Positions 49,467 to 50,214 of a stretch of 50,214 bases of DNA are shown one piece after another; within the stretch, counting starts at the first letter, position 1, and every line of letters starts with the position of its first letter. A program made the position numbers and the translations under genes. Source of the stretch: Girardia tigrina (lineage: Eukaryota). The DNA is taken from NCBI GenBank assembly GCA_001938485.1, contig MQRK01236650.1, positions 1 to 50,214 of the forward strand, given 5' to 3'. The notes under the pieces are model-generated. The model searched no databases, was not told the DNA's origin, and saw only the letters and a list, made by a program, of their open reading frames with translations.

Positions 49467-49964
49467 ATGGAACAAATAAATAAAAATTCATCTTTGGAAT
49501 ACGCGAAGAAAGATAGACGTGTAAAAGAGATTGCTCGTAAAAAAGAAAGTAAATTTATGGAGTTATCACTCATAGATCAAAGTGCTGTTGCTCGTAAAAA
49601 TATTTATGAGATGGAAGTTCTCAGTATGGCAATGGAATATATTTCCAACACAGCAATGGGATTGGTTGATGAATTGGAAGAAAAAGATATTGAATTGGAA
49701 TCTTCAAAGAAAAAATTGATTAAAGCGGAAAATATATTAGGTAGTACTGAAAATAAAAAAGCACAAAATGATTATTTTAATTTTTCTAAAGAAGTAGATA
49801 AGGAAAAAACTAAATCTCTTTTGGAAAATAAAAAATGGACTCCTCAAAAACAAGAAAGCTTCAAGCAAGCTTATTTGAAATATAATCTGGATGTAATGAA
49901 TAAATTTTTATCGGGAGGAAATAATTACCAGGAAGATTCAATGGATAACCATGGAAAAATATGA
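49467..49964 (+). CDS. Polinton ORF, uncharacterised coiled-coil-rich protein (165 aa)
   Basis: Intact E/K-rich ORF tightly packed between the HTH ORF and the ATPase; AAAATG start context. Confidence 0.7.
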   Translation: MEQINKNSSLEYAKKDRRVKEIARKKESKFMELSLIDQSAVARKNIYEMEVLSMAMEYISNTAMGLVDELEEKDIELESSKKKLIKAENILGSTENKKAQNDYFNFSKEVDKEKTKSLLENKKWTPQKQESFKQAYLKYNLDVMNKFLSGGNNYQEDSMDNHGKI

Positions 49965-50048
49965 AAAACTTAAGAAAACTTTACTTTTTAATAAAATATA
50001 GTGTAAAATACCCGAAAATGCGGTATTTTTCTAATAAAAAATAAAAAA

Positions 50049-50214
50049 ATGACGAATGAAAAACTAAATATTTTAACAATGTACGAGTCGAAATTCAATA
50101 ACAAATTATTCCCTAAAAATTTTCGAATTTTAATAGTTGGTGAATCGGGATGTGGTAAAAATGTTTTACTAGCGAAAATGTTATTGGAGGATAATTTTTT
50201 AGATTTCAATAATT
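50049..50214 (+). CDS. Polinton A32/FtsK-like genome-packaging ATPase, 5' partial
   Basis: MTNEKLNILTMYESKFNNKLFPKNFRILIVGESGCGKNVLLAKMLLEDNFLDFNN: Walker A GxxGxGK in a typical Polinton ATPase context. Confidence 0.85.
   Translation, partial: MTNEKLNILTMYESKFNNKLFPKNFRILIVGESGCGKNVLLAKMLLEDNFLDFNN

Larger units (their letters stand above)
47038..50214 (+). mobile_element. Left portion of a Polinton/Maverick (adintovirus-like) element
   Basis: AGTAGT terminus exactly where pogo homology stops, repeat-rich terminal region, compact intronless ORFs and a packaging ATPase. Predicted 6-bp TSD CTTGGG (47032-47037). Confidence 0.8.

Overview
Very AT-rich eukaryotic draft sequence with five N-gaps. 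It is probably an invertebrate animal with tiny 28-53 nt introns; the species cannot be fixed from the sequence. There are no prokaryotic features, rRNA, tRNA or CRISPR arrays. The window is mostly a transposon graveyard: four mariner remnants, a pogo remnant, an intact hAT non-autonomous element with an 8-bp TSD, scattered Ty3/gypsy pieces (gag, protease, RT, RNase H, two integrases, many LTRs), and NeSL/Utopia-like and other non-LTR RT remnants. The left end of a Polinton/Maverick (AGTAGT terminus, HTH ORF, packaging ATPase) runs off the window end. Host-type genes are an intronless otopetrin-like membrane protein and a small secreted cysteine-rich protein built from symmetric micro-exons. 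The most unusual observations are: (1) a TG...CA insertion with a 5-bp TSD, shown by an empty-site paralog, that carries an AP-3 sigma gene fragment, while a related terminus elsewhere lies beside a mitochondrial-carrier fragment (candidate gene-capturing element family); (2) a repeat family made of helically phased RFX X-box and NF-Y CCAAT motifs, one copy of which abuts a chuvirus/herpes gB-like fusogen remnant; (3) micro-exon secreted genes; (4) a strong plus-strand bias of the LTR-retrotransposon debris. All protein identifications come from motif recognition by eye, not from database searches.
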